Origin: Candidatus Saccharimonadota bacterium | GTDB taxonomy: Bacteria > Patescibacteriota > Patescibacteriia > 2-12-FULL-60-25 | Assembly: GCA_022843095.1 (NCBI GenBank) | Contig: JALHOH010000002.1 | Location: 210,001 to 242,000, forward strand | DNA length: 32,000 nt | Direction: 5' to 3' | Part shown: in pieces, positions 9,807 through 17,360 of the stretch | How positions within the stretch are numbered: the first letter of the stretch is position 1 | Layout of the letters: every line of letters begins with the position of its first letter | Translations under genes and position numbers: made by a program | The notes under the pieces: model-generated | The model's database searches: none | What the model was told of the DNA's origin: nothing | The model's input: the letters and a program-made list of their open reading frames with translations, nothing else

Positions 9807-12065
9807 TTAGGTTGGCGTTCCCGGTTCTGCGGGCGCACCAAGCACCTTGTAGCGCAACTTGAGACGCCTTGCCTGGGCAAGTAAGGCCGTTTGCGAGGCG
9901 TTCATCACCACTGCCCCCTCAAGCTCCAGCTCCTCGGGCAATTCCGTCACCTGCGTCCCTGCCAGATTCAAATCCCCCTCAATCCGCTTGGGCAGCCCTC
10001 TCACATCCCGCAACTCCTCACATGCGGAGAGATCCACATCCCCCTTCACGAATTTAAGCCCCTTAGGAAACGATTCTAGATCTGGCTTCGTGACCTCAAG
10101 CCCCCCTTCGATAAACATATCTCCATCATCTTCAATCGTCACGAGAGATTTGGTTTGATCGACGGAGAATCCAAGTTTTCCGCCAAACTCCATCACCTTC
10201 TTATTTTTTTTCTCTGGATCCAGCCCTTCGCCGCCCTCTGAATATCCAGCGCCGATATAACTCATGCGCTTCTCTTCTTCTTTCAGATATTTTCTCCGCT
10301 GATCCTCGTTCATGCCCGTCATTTTTTCTCCGATCCAGTTCATGAGACGGGATTGTTTCCCTCCCGTATCCAATTTTCGTGCAAGCCAGAAGAAGAACCG
10401 AGAACCACCACTCAATGTCCCAACCGCACCCTTGGTCAACACTGATGCCGTTTCAATCGCAACGCCACCGATCCCCGCCCCTGTGGCTACCACCCCTTCC
10501 GTGAGTCCCCGTTCAAATTTGGACGGTTCGTGATAGGTAGAACGTTCCGTTTCTTTTGCGGCATACTCCTGCTCCAAACGCTGCTTTTCTGCCTGAATCG
10601 TCGTTCGCGTTTCACCAAGATGCAGAAGGTTCGATTGATGCGCCTCCAACGCCGTGCGCGCCGCCTGCGCCTTTTGTTCTGCTTGTGCGAGCTCATTCTT
10701 TAACGCTTCGTCCCCTCCCTCGATGGCAGTGACCGCGGATGCATTCAGATGCGCCGTCTCCAACGCCTGCTTTTTGGTCGCCGCCTCCTCGCTCGCCGTG
10801 CGCGCTAGAACCAGCAACTGCGCCTCTTTCTTTTGCGCTTCCGCGATCGCAAGTTCCGTCCCCACCTCTTCCTGCTCTTTCTGATTCAACAGTTTATATG
10901 CGGTAAACGCCGCAAGTGCCTTCGCATATCCTTCTTCGGTCGTAAAATCATTGCGACGAAGATTCATCACGGCGGCTTGCGCGGCTTTTCCGTTTTCGGC
11001 CACCTGCGCCGCTTCGCGTGACCACTTTTCCACATCCACCGCCTCAAGCACCGGCTTCAGGTCCGGAACGACGTCCTTTGGCGCTTCATACACCACAGGA
11101 ATCGTTTCATCGACCGCTGGGGGCGGGGTCAGCCCCTCCACCAATGCCTGATGCGACGCCAACTCTTCCGACGTGGCCTTGGCAGTTACCTCCGGAACCG
11201 GCTCGTCTTCGATGATTTCGATCTCTGGTCCGTCGTCCTCCGTCGTCATTGAAGACGCTTCTGCCACGGGTGGAGCCACGGATTCAGGAGCACTCGTCAC
11301 AGGAGCCGCAACGGTCGGAGCCACTTCAGCGGATGGCGGCTCTGATGTTTCCGCGGCAAGCGCTTCTAACGATTGGATCTGAGCCTGCAATTTTTTGGCA
11401 TTCTCCCCCGCAGGCGAGGCCTGTTCTGCAAGCAACTTCTTTTTCCCCTCCTGAACATGCTTCAAAAACGCCTGCGGATCATCCGCGACACGCGCAAGCA
11501 TGCCATATCGCGCCACTTCTGCCGGGACCTGCTGATGCGTCCCTTCCAACCGTTTTAACTCGTCCACCACGCCCTTCCGAAAATCCGGATCATGGACGAC
11601 GTAATGAACCAATTCAAGCGGCATGAGTCCTGGATTTCTAAGCCCCGCGATCGCATCGGTTCGTTTTTGCTTCACCCCTGCTTCGACATCCGATTCTGTC
11701 GGTGGAACCACCTCCGTCACCCGCTTCGCCAACGATTCCGCCTTGGTCTGCAACGCCACCCGTTTTGCATTCGCATCCGATCGCACCGCTGCGACCTGGG
11801 ACTGCGCCTCCGGAGATTCCCCCGCCACAATCCCCGCCGCGACCGTTCCGTACTTCTCTCCCTCTTGCGCGACCTCATTTTTGATCTCCTTCATCAAAAC
11901 CTTCGCCTGCTCCATTGGTGGGATATCTTTTAACAAAGACAACATGCGTTCTGCATCCGCATCGGCTATCGGAAGATCTCGTGCAGTGGATTCTCCTTGT
12001 TCGGAATGATGGAGAGCTGTTTCCTGCGCGGAAGTCTGAGCGGTTGAGGACGTCGCTGCGTTCAT
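9807..12065 (-). CDS. Hypothetical 752-aa protein: acidic/Pro-Ala-rich and coiled-coil regions, a Gly-rich hydrophobic segment and three C-terminal ~22-residue LRR-like repeats
   Basis: The track shows a continuous 933-aa ORF, but its first 181 codons are antisense to rel. I therefore trimmed the start to ATG 12065 (MNAATSSTAQ...), which has TGgTAGGAT 11 nt upstream. An alternative start is ATG 11945. No family-diagnostic motif was recognised. The C-terminus reads PDLESFPKGLKFVKGDVDLSAC / EELRDVRGLPKRIEGDLNLAGT / QVTELPEELELEGAVVMNASQT. Confidence 0.7.
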   Translation of the reverse strand: MNAATSSTAQTSAQETALHHSEQGESTARDLPIADADAERMLSLLKDIPPMEQAKVLMKEIKNEVAQEGEKYGTVAAGIVAGESPEAQSQVAAVRSDANAKRVALQTKAESLAKRVTEVVPPTESDVEAGVKQKRTDAIAGLRNPGLMPLELVHYVVHDPDFRKGVVDELKRLEGTHQQVPAEVARYGMLARVADDPQAFLKHVQEGKKKLLAEQASPAGENAKKLQAQIQSLEALAAETSEPPSAEVAPTVAAPVTSAPESVAPPVAEASSMTTEDDGPEIEIIEDEPVPEVTAKATSEELASHQALVEGLTPPPAVDETIPVVYEAPKDVVPDLKPVLEAVDVEKWSREAAQVAENGKAAQAAVMNLRRNDFTTEEGYAKALAAFTAYKLLNQKEQEEVGTELAIAEAQKKEAQLLVLARTASEEAATKKQALETAHLNASAVTAIEGGDEALKNELAQAEQKAQAARTALEAHQSNLLHLGETRTTIQAEKQRLEQEYAAKETERSTYHEPSKFERGLTEGVVATGAGIGGVAIETASVLTKGAVGTLSGGSRFFFWLARKLDTGGKQSRLMNWIGEKMTGMNEDQRRKYLKEEEKRMSYIGAGYSEGGEGLDPEKKNKKVMEFGGKLGFSVDQTKSLVTIEDDGDMFIEGGLEVTKPDLESFPKGLKFVKGDVDLSACEELRDVRGLPKRIEGDLNLAGTQVTELPEELELEGAVVMNASQTALLAQARRLKLRYKVLGAPAEPGTPT

Positions 12066-12076
12066 AGGATGACCAC

Positions 12077-12085
12077 ATCCTACCA
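12077..12085 (-). promoter_or_regulatory. Putative extended -10 element for the 752-aa hypothetical gene
   Basis: The minus strand reads TGgTAGGAT, 11 nt upstream of ATG 12065. Confidence 0.3.
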
Positions 12086-12093
12086 CAAAGACG

Positions 12094-12122
12094 TTGCCAG
12101 CGCCTGTAAACAGGGGCACACT
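12094..12122 (+). promoter_or_regulatory. Putative rel promoter (leaderless configuration)
   Basis: TTGCCA (12094-12099), a 17-nt spacer, CACACT (12117-12122), then 6 nt to ATG 12129. Confidence 0.45.
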
Positions 12123-12128
12123 GCAGAC

Positions 12129-13634
12129 ATGCCTACCGTCGCCCCCGTACAAACCATTGATGGCCTCTGCGAGGCCGTTCTTGCCTTTGATCCGCAAGCA
12201 GATACGGCGCTCATTCGACGTGCCTACGCGTTTGCGGAGGAAGCCCATCGCCCACAAAAACGCGCGACCGGAGAACCCTACATCATCCATCCGCTTGCCA
12301 CGGCGTTTACCCTCGCCGACATGAAGCTCCCGACGAGCATCATCGTCGCTGGGCTTTTGCATGATGTTCCAGAAGACACGGAGCGCACGCTGGAAGAAAT
12401 CGAATCCGCGTTCGGCGCCGATGTCGCTGGGATGGTGGGCGGAATTACGAAACTGGGAAAAATTAAATACCGCGGCATGGAGCGGTACATGGAAAACCTC
12501 CGAAAAATGTTCTTGGCGATGGCTGCGGACGTTCGGGTGGTTTTCATCAAATTCGCGGATCGCCTGCACAATCTTCAAACACTCGAAGCCATCCCTCCGC
12601 AAAAACAATATCGCATCGCGTTGGAATCCCTAGAAATCTATGCCCCTATTGCGAACCGACTGGGCATGGGGGAAATGAAAGGACGTCTCGAAGACGCGGC
12701 GTTCAAATACGTCCTGCCGAAGGAATATCAGTGGAGCAAAGAGCTTGCGAAAAAAACACGTGAAGACAAACAGCAATACCTTGACCGCGTCCTTGTGCTT
12801 GCCGAGGAAGAGCTCAAAGAAACGGGCATTCGTTTCACTGAAGTGCATGGTCGTGCCAAGCACCTGTATTCGTTATACAAAAAATTACTCAAAAACGAAC
12901 GCAATATTGCGCGGATTTATGACATCATGGCGGTACGCGTCATCGTGGAGAACGTCGCGGATTGCTATGCCGCTTTGGGCGTCATTCACGGACGATGGAC
13001 GCCGCTAAAAGGTCGGATCAAGGACTACATCGCTCAGCCAAAACCCAACGGATACCGTTCGCTTCACACCACCGTCTTTTGCGAGGATGGTGAAATTGTG
13101 GAGTTTCAAATTCGAACGCTCGAGATGCATCGCGAGGCGGAATACGGGATCGCGGCACACTGGTCCTACGACGAAGAAAAAAAGAAGTACATCACCGGCA
13201 AAGACGCCTCCGTCCCAACCTGGGTCAAGGAATTGGCAGACATTCAAGAAGAATTACAGGACAAAAAACGCTATGTCGAATCGCTGGAAGAGCTCAAAAT
13301 CGACATGTTTAAGGACCGTATTTTCGTCTTTACCCCAAAAGGCGACGTGATCGATCTCCCTGAAGAAAGTACCTGTGTCGATTTTGCGTACGCCATTCAC
13401 ACGGACATCGGGAATACCTGCAGCGGCGCAAAAGTGAATGATGCCGTGAGTCCGCTGGAACGCATCCTAAAAAATGGCGACATGGTCGAGATCATCGTGG
13501 ACAAAGGACGAAAAGGGCCCAATCCCGACTGGATCAAGTTCGTAAAAACGCACCACGCTAAATCAAAAATCCGACAATACGCAAAAACGACCTTGCGGTC
13601 GTGGATTGCGGGGATGATTCCCGGGCACAAGTAG
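12129..13634 (+). CDS. rel: Short bifunctional (p)ppGpp synthetase/hydrolase (RelA/SpoT homolog) that ends soon after the TGS domain
   Basis: The HD hydrolase motifs are HRPQKRATGEPYIIHPL...LLHDVPEDT. The synthetase motifs are YRSLHTTV...EFQIRTLEMHREAEYGIAAHWSYDE. The TGS domain reads IFVFTPKGDVIDLPEESTCVDFAYAIHTDIG. I set the start at ATG 12129 because TTGCCA-17-CACACT lies 6 nt upstream. The track start is 12069. Confidence 0.9.
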   Translation: MPTVAPVQTIDGLCEAVLAFDPQADTALIRRAYAFAEEAHRPQKRATGEPYIIHPLATAFTLADMKLPTSIIVAGLLHDVPEDTERTLEEIESAFGADVAGMVGGITKLGKIKYRGMERYMENLRKMFLAMAADVRVVFIKFADRLHNLQTLEAIPPQKQYRIALESLEIYAPIANRLGMGEMKGRLEDAAFKYVLPKEYQWSKELAKKTREDKQQYLDRVLVLAEEELKETGIRFTEVHGRAKHLYSLYKKLLKNERNIARIYDIMAVRVIVENVADCYAALGVIHGRWTPLKGRIKDYIAQPKPNGYRSLHTTVFCEDGEIVEFQIRTLEMHREAEYGIAAHWSYDEEKKKYITGKDASVPTWVKELADIQEELQDKKRYVESLEELKIDMFKDRIFVFTPKGDVIDLPEESTCVDFAYAIHTDIGNTCSGAKVNDAVSPLERILKNGDMVEIIVDKGRKGPNPDWIKFVKTHHAKSKIRQYAKTTLRSWIAGMIPGHK

Positions 13635-13637
13635 CAG

Positions 13638-14630
13638 CTAGTCCGATTCGCGAAGATCGCGGAGCAACGCCTGAAGTTCTTCATCGCTCCCGAATTTGAT
13701 CCGGATTTCTCCGGAACCCTTTTCGTTCCGACGAATGTCCACCTTTGTTCGAAATTGTTCGCGCAACGCGTCCTGAACGGCGCGCAAATTTGGGTCTAAC
13801 AATCTCCGGTTTCGTGGGGCGCGTACCTGGTCTTCGGTTTGACGCACCGTGAATTCTTGTGAGACGAGTTTCTGGAACACCTCCATCCGTTCTTTATCCG
13901 TGGAAAGCGTCAGAAGGGTGCGCGCATTGGAGGCGCTAATTTTGCCATCTACAAGCGCCTGTTGGATGACCTCTGGCAATTGGAGCAATCGAATGGTGTT
14001 CGCCACCTGAGGACGGCTTTTCCCCACTTTCCGTGCAATGTCATCCTGCGTTAGATGAAACTCTTCCTGCAGGCGGAGATACGCCTTCGCCTCTTCCACT
14101 GGATTCAGGTCTTGGCGCTGAATGTTTTCGATGAGCGCGAGTTCCAGCTTCTCTTGATCCACCGCCTCACGAATCACGACCGGAATTTCTTCTAAACCCG
14201 CAATCGTCGCAGCCCGCAATCGACGTTCCCCCGCAATGAGCTGATATCGCCCGTTGGACAACTTGGTGACGAGAATCGGCTGGATGACCCCATGTTCTTT
14301 GATACTCGCGATCAGATCCTCCATGTGCGCATGATCAAAATGCGCGCGCGGCTGATGCGGATTTCGATCAATCTGAATCACCGGAATGGACGGAATCGAC
14401 GCCATGCGTTCTGCGCCCGTAGAAACCGCCTTTACGGGCTCAGGCTGCGCTTTTGCCGCAACCGGTGCCGGAGGAGGCGTGTGCGCCGGAGTCGAATCAA
14501 CCGAGGCGGGTGCCGAGGGAGGAGGCGTGGCAGCTGGTTTTTGCGTCGGCACGGGTTTTGGCGGAATGATCGCGCCCAATCCCCGGCCTAACCCCGATTG
14601 TCGTTGAAGGATCATACGTGCATGATGCAT
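13638..14630 (-). CDS. parB: Chromosome partitioning protein ParB/Spo0J with a ~70-aa Pro/Ala-rich N-terminal linker
   Basis: ParB motifs present include GLGRGLGAIIP, IQIDRNPHQPR, GVIQPILV, LIAGERRLRAA and an HTH region. The track start at 14633 is a TTG. The ATG at 14630 overlaps the parA stop TGA by 1 nt. Confidence 0.9.
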   Translation of the reverse strand: MHHARMILQRQSGLGRGLGAIIPPKPVPTQKPAATPPPSAPASVDSTPAHTPPPAPVAAKAQPEPVKAVSTGAERMASIPSIPVIQIDRNPHQPRAHFDHAHMEDLIASIKEHGVIQPILVTKLSNGRYQLIAGERRLRAATIAGLEEIPVVIREAVDQEKLELALIENIQRQDLNPVEEAKAYLRLQEEFHLTQDDIARKVGKSRPQVANTIRLLQLPEVIQQALVDGKISASNARTLLTLSTDKERMEVFQKLVSQEFTVRQTEDQVRAPRNRRLLDPNLRAVQDALREQFRTKVDIRRNEKGSGEIRIKFGSDEELQALLRDLRESD

Positions 14631-15418
14631 CAAATAGATCGAATGCGATACCCATCAATTTCTCGTTCAATGATTTCCATCGCAAGCCGTTCATAGGCTT
14701 TCGCCCCTTTGGACCCTCCATCGAAATGCGCGATGGAACGGCCGAACGAAGGGGCTTCTGCCAAACGGACATTCCGCGGGATGACAGAACGGAAAATGTT
14801 GTTCGGAAAATACTTGTAAAGTTCGTGCAGTACGTCGTCGGATAATTTGGTTCGGCCGTCGTACATCGTGATCACCGCCCCAAGAATATCCACCTCCGGA
14901 CGAATGCGCTCTTTCACCAACTGCACCGTTTCAAGCAACTGCCCAAGCCCTTCCAACGCGTAATATTCGGCCTGTACCGGGATCAAGATTTCATCTCCGG
15001 CCACTAACCCGTTTAGCGTAATCAACCCAAGCGTGGGCGGACAATCGATCAGGATAAAATCGTAGTCGTTCCGAATTTCCAAAATCGCTTCACGAAGCTT
15101 GTATTCACGGCGTTCCAAATTCACCAATTCAATGTTCAACCCTGCAAGCGCGGTCGTTGCTGGCGCGATTTTGAGCGATTCATGCGAGGTGGGCTGGACG
15201 ATGTCTTTTAACGAAACATTCCCCAAAATCGCCTCATACACCCCCTGCTCCAGCGACCGATGATCCACGCCAAGCCCAGAACTCGCGTTCGCCTGCGGAT
15301 CAAGGTCCACAATCAATACAAACTTCCCTAACTCCGCGAGATAGGCGCCTACGTTAATTGCGGTGGTGGTTTTCCCGACCCCGCCTTTTTGATTGACGAT
15401 CGAAATCACGCGGGCCAT
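14630..15418 (-). CDS. parA: Chromosome partitioning ATPase ParA/Soj
   Basis: The deviant Walker A is MARVISIVNQKGGVGKTTTAINVGAYLA. Also present are FVLIVDLDPQANAS and ILIDCPP. Confidence 0.93.
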   Translation of the reverse strand: MARVISIVNQKGGVGKTTTAINVGAYLAELGKFVLIVDLDPQANASSGLGVDHRSLEQGVYEAILGNVSLKDIVQPTSHESLKIAPATTALAGLNIELVNLERREYKLREAILEIRNDYDFILIDCPPTLGLITLNGLVAGDEILIPVQAEYYALEGLGQLLETVQLVKERIRPEVDILGAVITMYDGRTKLSDDVLHELYKYFPNNIFRSVIPRNVRLAEAPSFGRSIAHFDGGSKGAKAYERLAMEIIEREIDGYRIRSI

Positions 15419-15437
15419 ACGGACAAAATCTTCGCCA

Positions 15438-15467
15438 AGTGTACGCTATCCGGGAAAGAGAGGGCAA
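15438..15467 (-). promoter_or_regulatory. Putative parAB promoter
   Basis: The minus strand reads TTGCCC (15467-15462), an 18-nt spacer, then TACACT (15443-15438). The parA ATG is 19 nt downstream. Confidence 0.35.
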
Positions 15468-15475
15468 GGCCAAGG

Positions 15476-17146
15476 CTAGACGCGGCACAGTCGATCATTG
15501 ATGTCACACACGTGCTTATCCCGTTCTTCCCCAAATTTCGAGGGATCAAGGCCAAATTGACGAATCATGCGCGCCGCCATGTTTCCGCCAAGATAATGGG
15601 GCAAGATGACATAGGTCGCTCCCGCATCGTAAAGCGTCTTGCCCGCCTCCAGCGAATGGGCGATAAAAATGGCGATCGCATCAGTATTCTGCCCGCGGAG
15701 TTTGGTTAAGAAGAGTCGATTTGCCTCGATGTCCGGGATGGTCGAGATGACGAGCTTCAAACGCTTCATATCCAAATCCTCCAAAAACTCCGGATCGCTC
15801 ATATCGCCGTACAGGGACGGCTCCTGCATCGTCTGCAGGCGCTGCATCACCTCTGGATCAAAATCGATGACGACATACGACCCGCCAATCGCACGAATAA
15901 CCGGCAAAAAATCGTATCCAAGCCGATGGCACCCAAATAGCACCGTATCGTAGGAGATGAGCTCATCAATGGTTTCCTTCTTTTCGTTTCGAATAAACAG
16001 GAACTGCTTCACCCGTTCATACAACTGCTCGCTGCGGTGGATAAACGATGTCGACAGGGCAATCGTCACAAACGCCACAACGGCAAGGAGGGTCGCGACC
16101 TCCGTCGAAATATGCCCGGCGCGGAGGCCGAATAGCGCAAGCACCAACGAAAACTCGCTCATTTGCGCGATAGGAATCGCCGTCAAAAAACCCGTCCGGG
16201 GATGATATCCCAACCATCGGAGCGCCCCCTGCACAAGCAGCGGCTTTCCAATAAGCACGACGAGCGAAAGTAGGATGGCCGGCACAACTAACCCGCCGAC
16301 CTGATCAAAATTGAGCTGCGCACCAAGGAGGACAAAAAATGCCACCAAAAAGAAGTCGCGCACCAGGCGAATCTTTGCGGAGATTTCTACCGCAAACCCG
16401 GAGGAAGCAAGCGTAATCCCCGCAGCAAGCGCCCCGATTTCAAGCGAAAGGCCGATCGCATGAAACAGCGCCGCCATCCCCATCCCCCACGCCACGGAAA
16501 ACAAGAAGAGCAGCTCTTGCGATGCGCCCAAAAGATGCTCGACGCGAGGCAACAACGTCTTTGTCAAAAGGAACAACAATATCCCACCAGCAAGCAACGT
16601 CCCAATCGCCGTCGCCACCGCCTCGGACGCCTGCGCTCCTCCCACCGCAGCCGATAACCCAATGAGCAAAAAACAGGCGGCGAGATCTTGAACCAAGAGA
16701 ATACCAACGGCCAATTTCCCATGCAGACGGCCAATTTCTTTCTTGTCTGCCAACAATTTTGTCACGACGATGGTACTCGAAAATGCAAGTGCCGCCGCAA
16801 CATAGACGGACGAAATAAGTGGCAGATCAAACACCCACCCGAGACCAAACCCAATGGCCATGGTCAACAGGATTTGGCTTAACCCGGCGATAAAACTTGG
16901 TCTACCCACCTCTCCAATGACCTTGGGATTCAAGCTAAGACCAACGACATACAACAATGAGACAATCCCAAGCTCCGCAAACAAGGACACTGCGCCTTCA
17001 ATGGGAAACAGTGCAAAAAGCGCTGGGCCAACCACAACCCCGGTCAGCAGATATCCCAAAAGCAGCGGCTGTTTTAATCGATGCATGAGGAACGAAATGC
17101 CACATGCAACCGAAAACATGATCGCAACATGAGAAAACGCATCCAT
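15476..17146 (-). CDS. Kef-type monovalent cation:proton antiporter (CPA2) with a C-terminal RCK/TrkA-N-like domain
   Basis: The polytopic exchanger domain begins MDAFSHVAIMFSVACGISFLMHRLKQPLLLGYLLTGVVVGP. The C-terminal soluble domain reads TVLFGCHRLGYDF...VVIDFDPE, in which the GxGxxG motif is degenerate (GCHRLG). Confidence 0.85.
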   Translation of the reverse strand: MDAFSHVAIMFSVACGISFLMHRLKQPLLLGYLLTGVVVGPALFALFPIEGAVSLFAELGIVSLLYVVGLSLNPKVIGEVGRPSFIAGLSQILLTMAIGFGLGWVFDLPLISSVYVAAALAFSSTIVVTKLLADKKEIGRLHGKLAVGILLVQDLAACFLLIGLSAAVGGAQASEAVATAIGTLLAGGILLFLLTKTLLPRVEHLLGASQELLFLFSVAWGMGMAALFHAIGLSLEIGALAAGITLASSGFAVEISAKIRLVRDFFLVAFFVLLGAQLNFDQVGGLVVPAILLSLVVLIGKPLLVQGALRWLGYHPRTGFLTAIPIAQMSEFSLVLALFGLRAGHISTEVATLLAVVAFVTIALSTSFIHRSEQLYERVKQFLFIRNEKKETIDELISYDTVLFGCHRLGYDFLPVIRAIGGSYVVIDFDPEVMQRLQTMQEPSLYGDMSDPEFLEDLDMKRLKLVISTIPDIEANRLFLTKLRGQNTDAIAIFIAHSLEAGKTLYDAGATYVILPHYLGGNMAARMIRQFGLDPSKFGEERDKHVCDINDRLCRV

Positions 17147-17152
17147 GTGCGC

Positions 17153-17161
17153 ATCATAGCA
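17153..17161 (-). promoter_or_regulatory. Putative extended -10 promoter of the Kef-type gene (leaderless configuration)
   Basis: The minus strand reads TGcTATGAT, followed by 6 nt (GCGCAC) and then ATG 17146. Confidence 0.4.
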
Positions 17162-17213
17162 TATTTTTACCCCACGAAGCCCGTACGGCGCCCTTCAAAT
17201 CCCACCCCAAAAC

Positions 17214-17239
17214 AAAAAACCTCCTTGCGGAGATTTTTT
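17214..17239 (-). terminator. Rho-independent terminator after tRNA-fMet
   Basis: The minus strand reads AAAAAATCTCC-GCAA-GGAGGTTTTTT followed by GTTTTGG. It lies immediately 3' of the tRNA CCA end. Confidence 0.65.
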
Positions 17240-17242
17240 GTG

Positions 17243-17317
17243 TGGTTGCGGGGGTGGGATTTGAACCCACGACCTCCGGGTTATGGGCCCGGCGAGCTGC
17301 CGCTGCTCTACCCCGCT
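17243..17317 (-). tRNA. Initiator-type tRNA-fMet (anticodon CAT), CCA encoded
   Basis: Reverse complement: A GCGGGG TA GAGC AGCGGCA GCTC G CCGGG CCCATAA CCCGG AGGTC GTGGG TTCAAAT CCCAC CCCCGCA ACCA. Positions 1:72 are an A x A mismatch. Three G:C pairs close the anticodon stem. It is near-identical in layout to E. coli tRNA-fMet. Position 33 is C rather than U. Confidence 0.85.
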
Positions 17318-17331
17318 TCGGATGTGCCAGC

Positions 17332-17360
17332 ACAATAATCCGACGAATGATTCTCGTCAA
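17332..17360 (-). promoter_or_regulatory. Putative promoter of tRNA-fMet
   Basis: The minus strand reads TTGACG (17360-17355), a 17-nt spacer, then TATTGT (17337-17332). The mature tRNA 5' end is 14 nt downstream. Confidence 0.5.

Noticed and set aside
12066-12608. The N-terminal 181 codons of the 933-aa minus-strand track ORF (9807..12608)
   Set aside because: This part is exactly antisense to the well-supported rel HD domain. Its sequence is Arg/His/Phe-rich nonsense-like (MFLRRDGFECLKIVQAIREF...). An in-frame ATG at 12065 with an upstream extended -10 element gives a sensible non-overlapping start.
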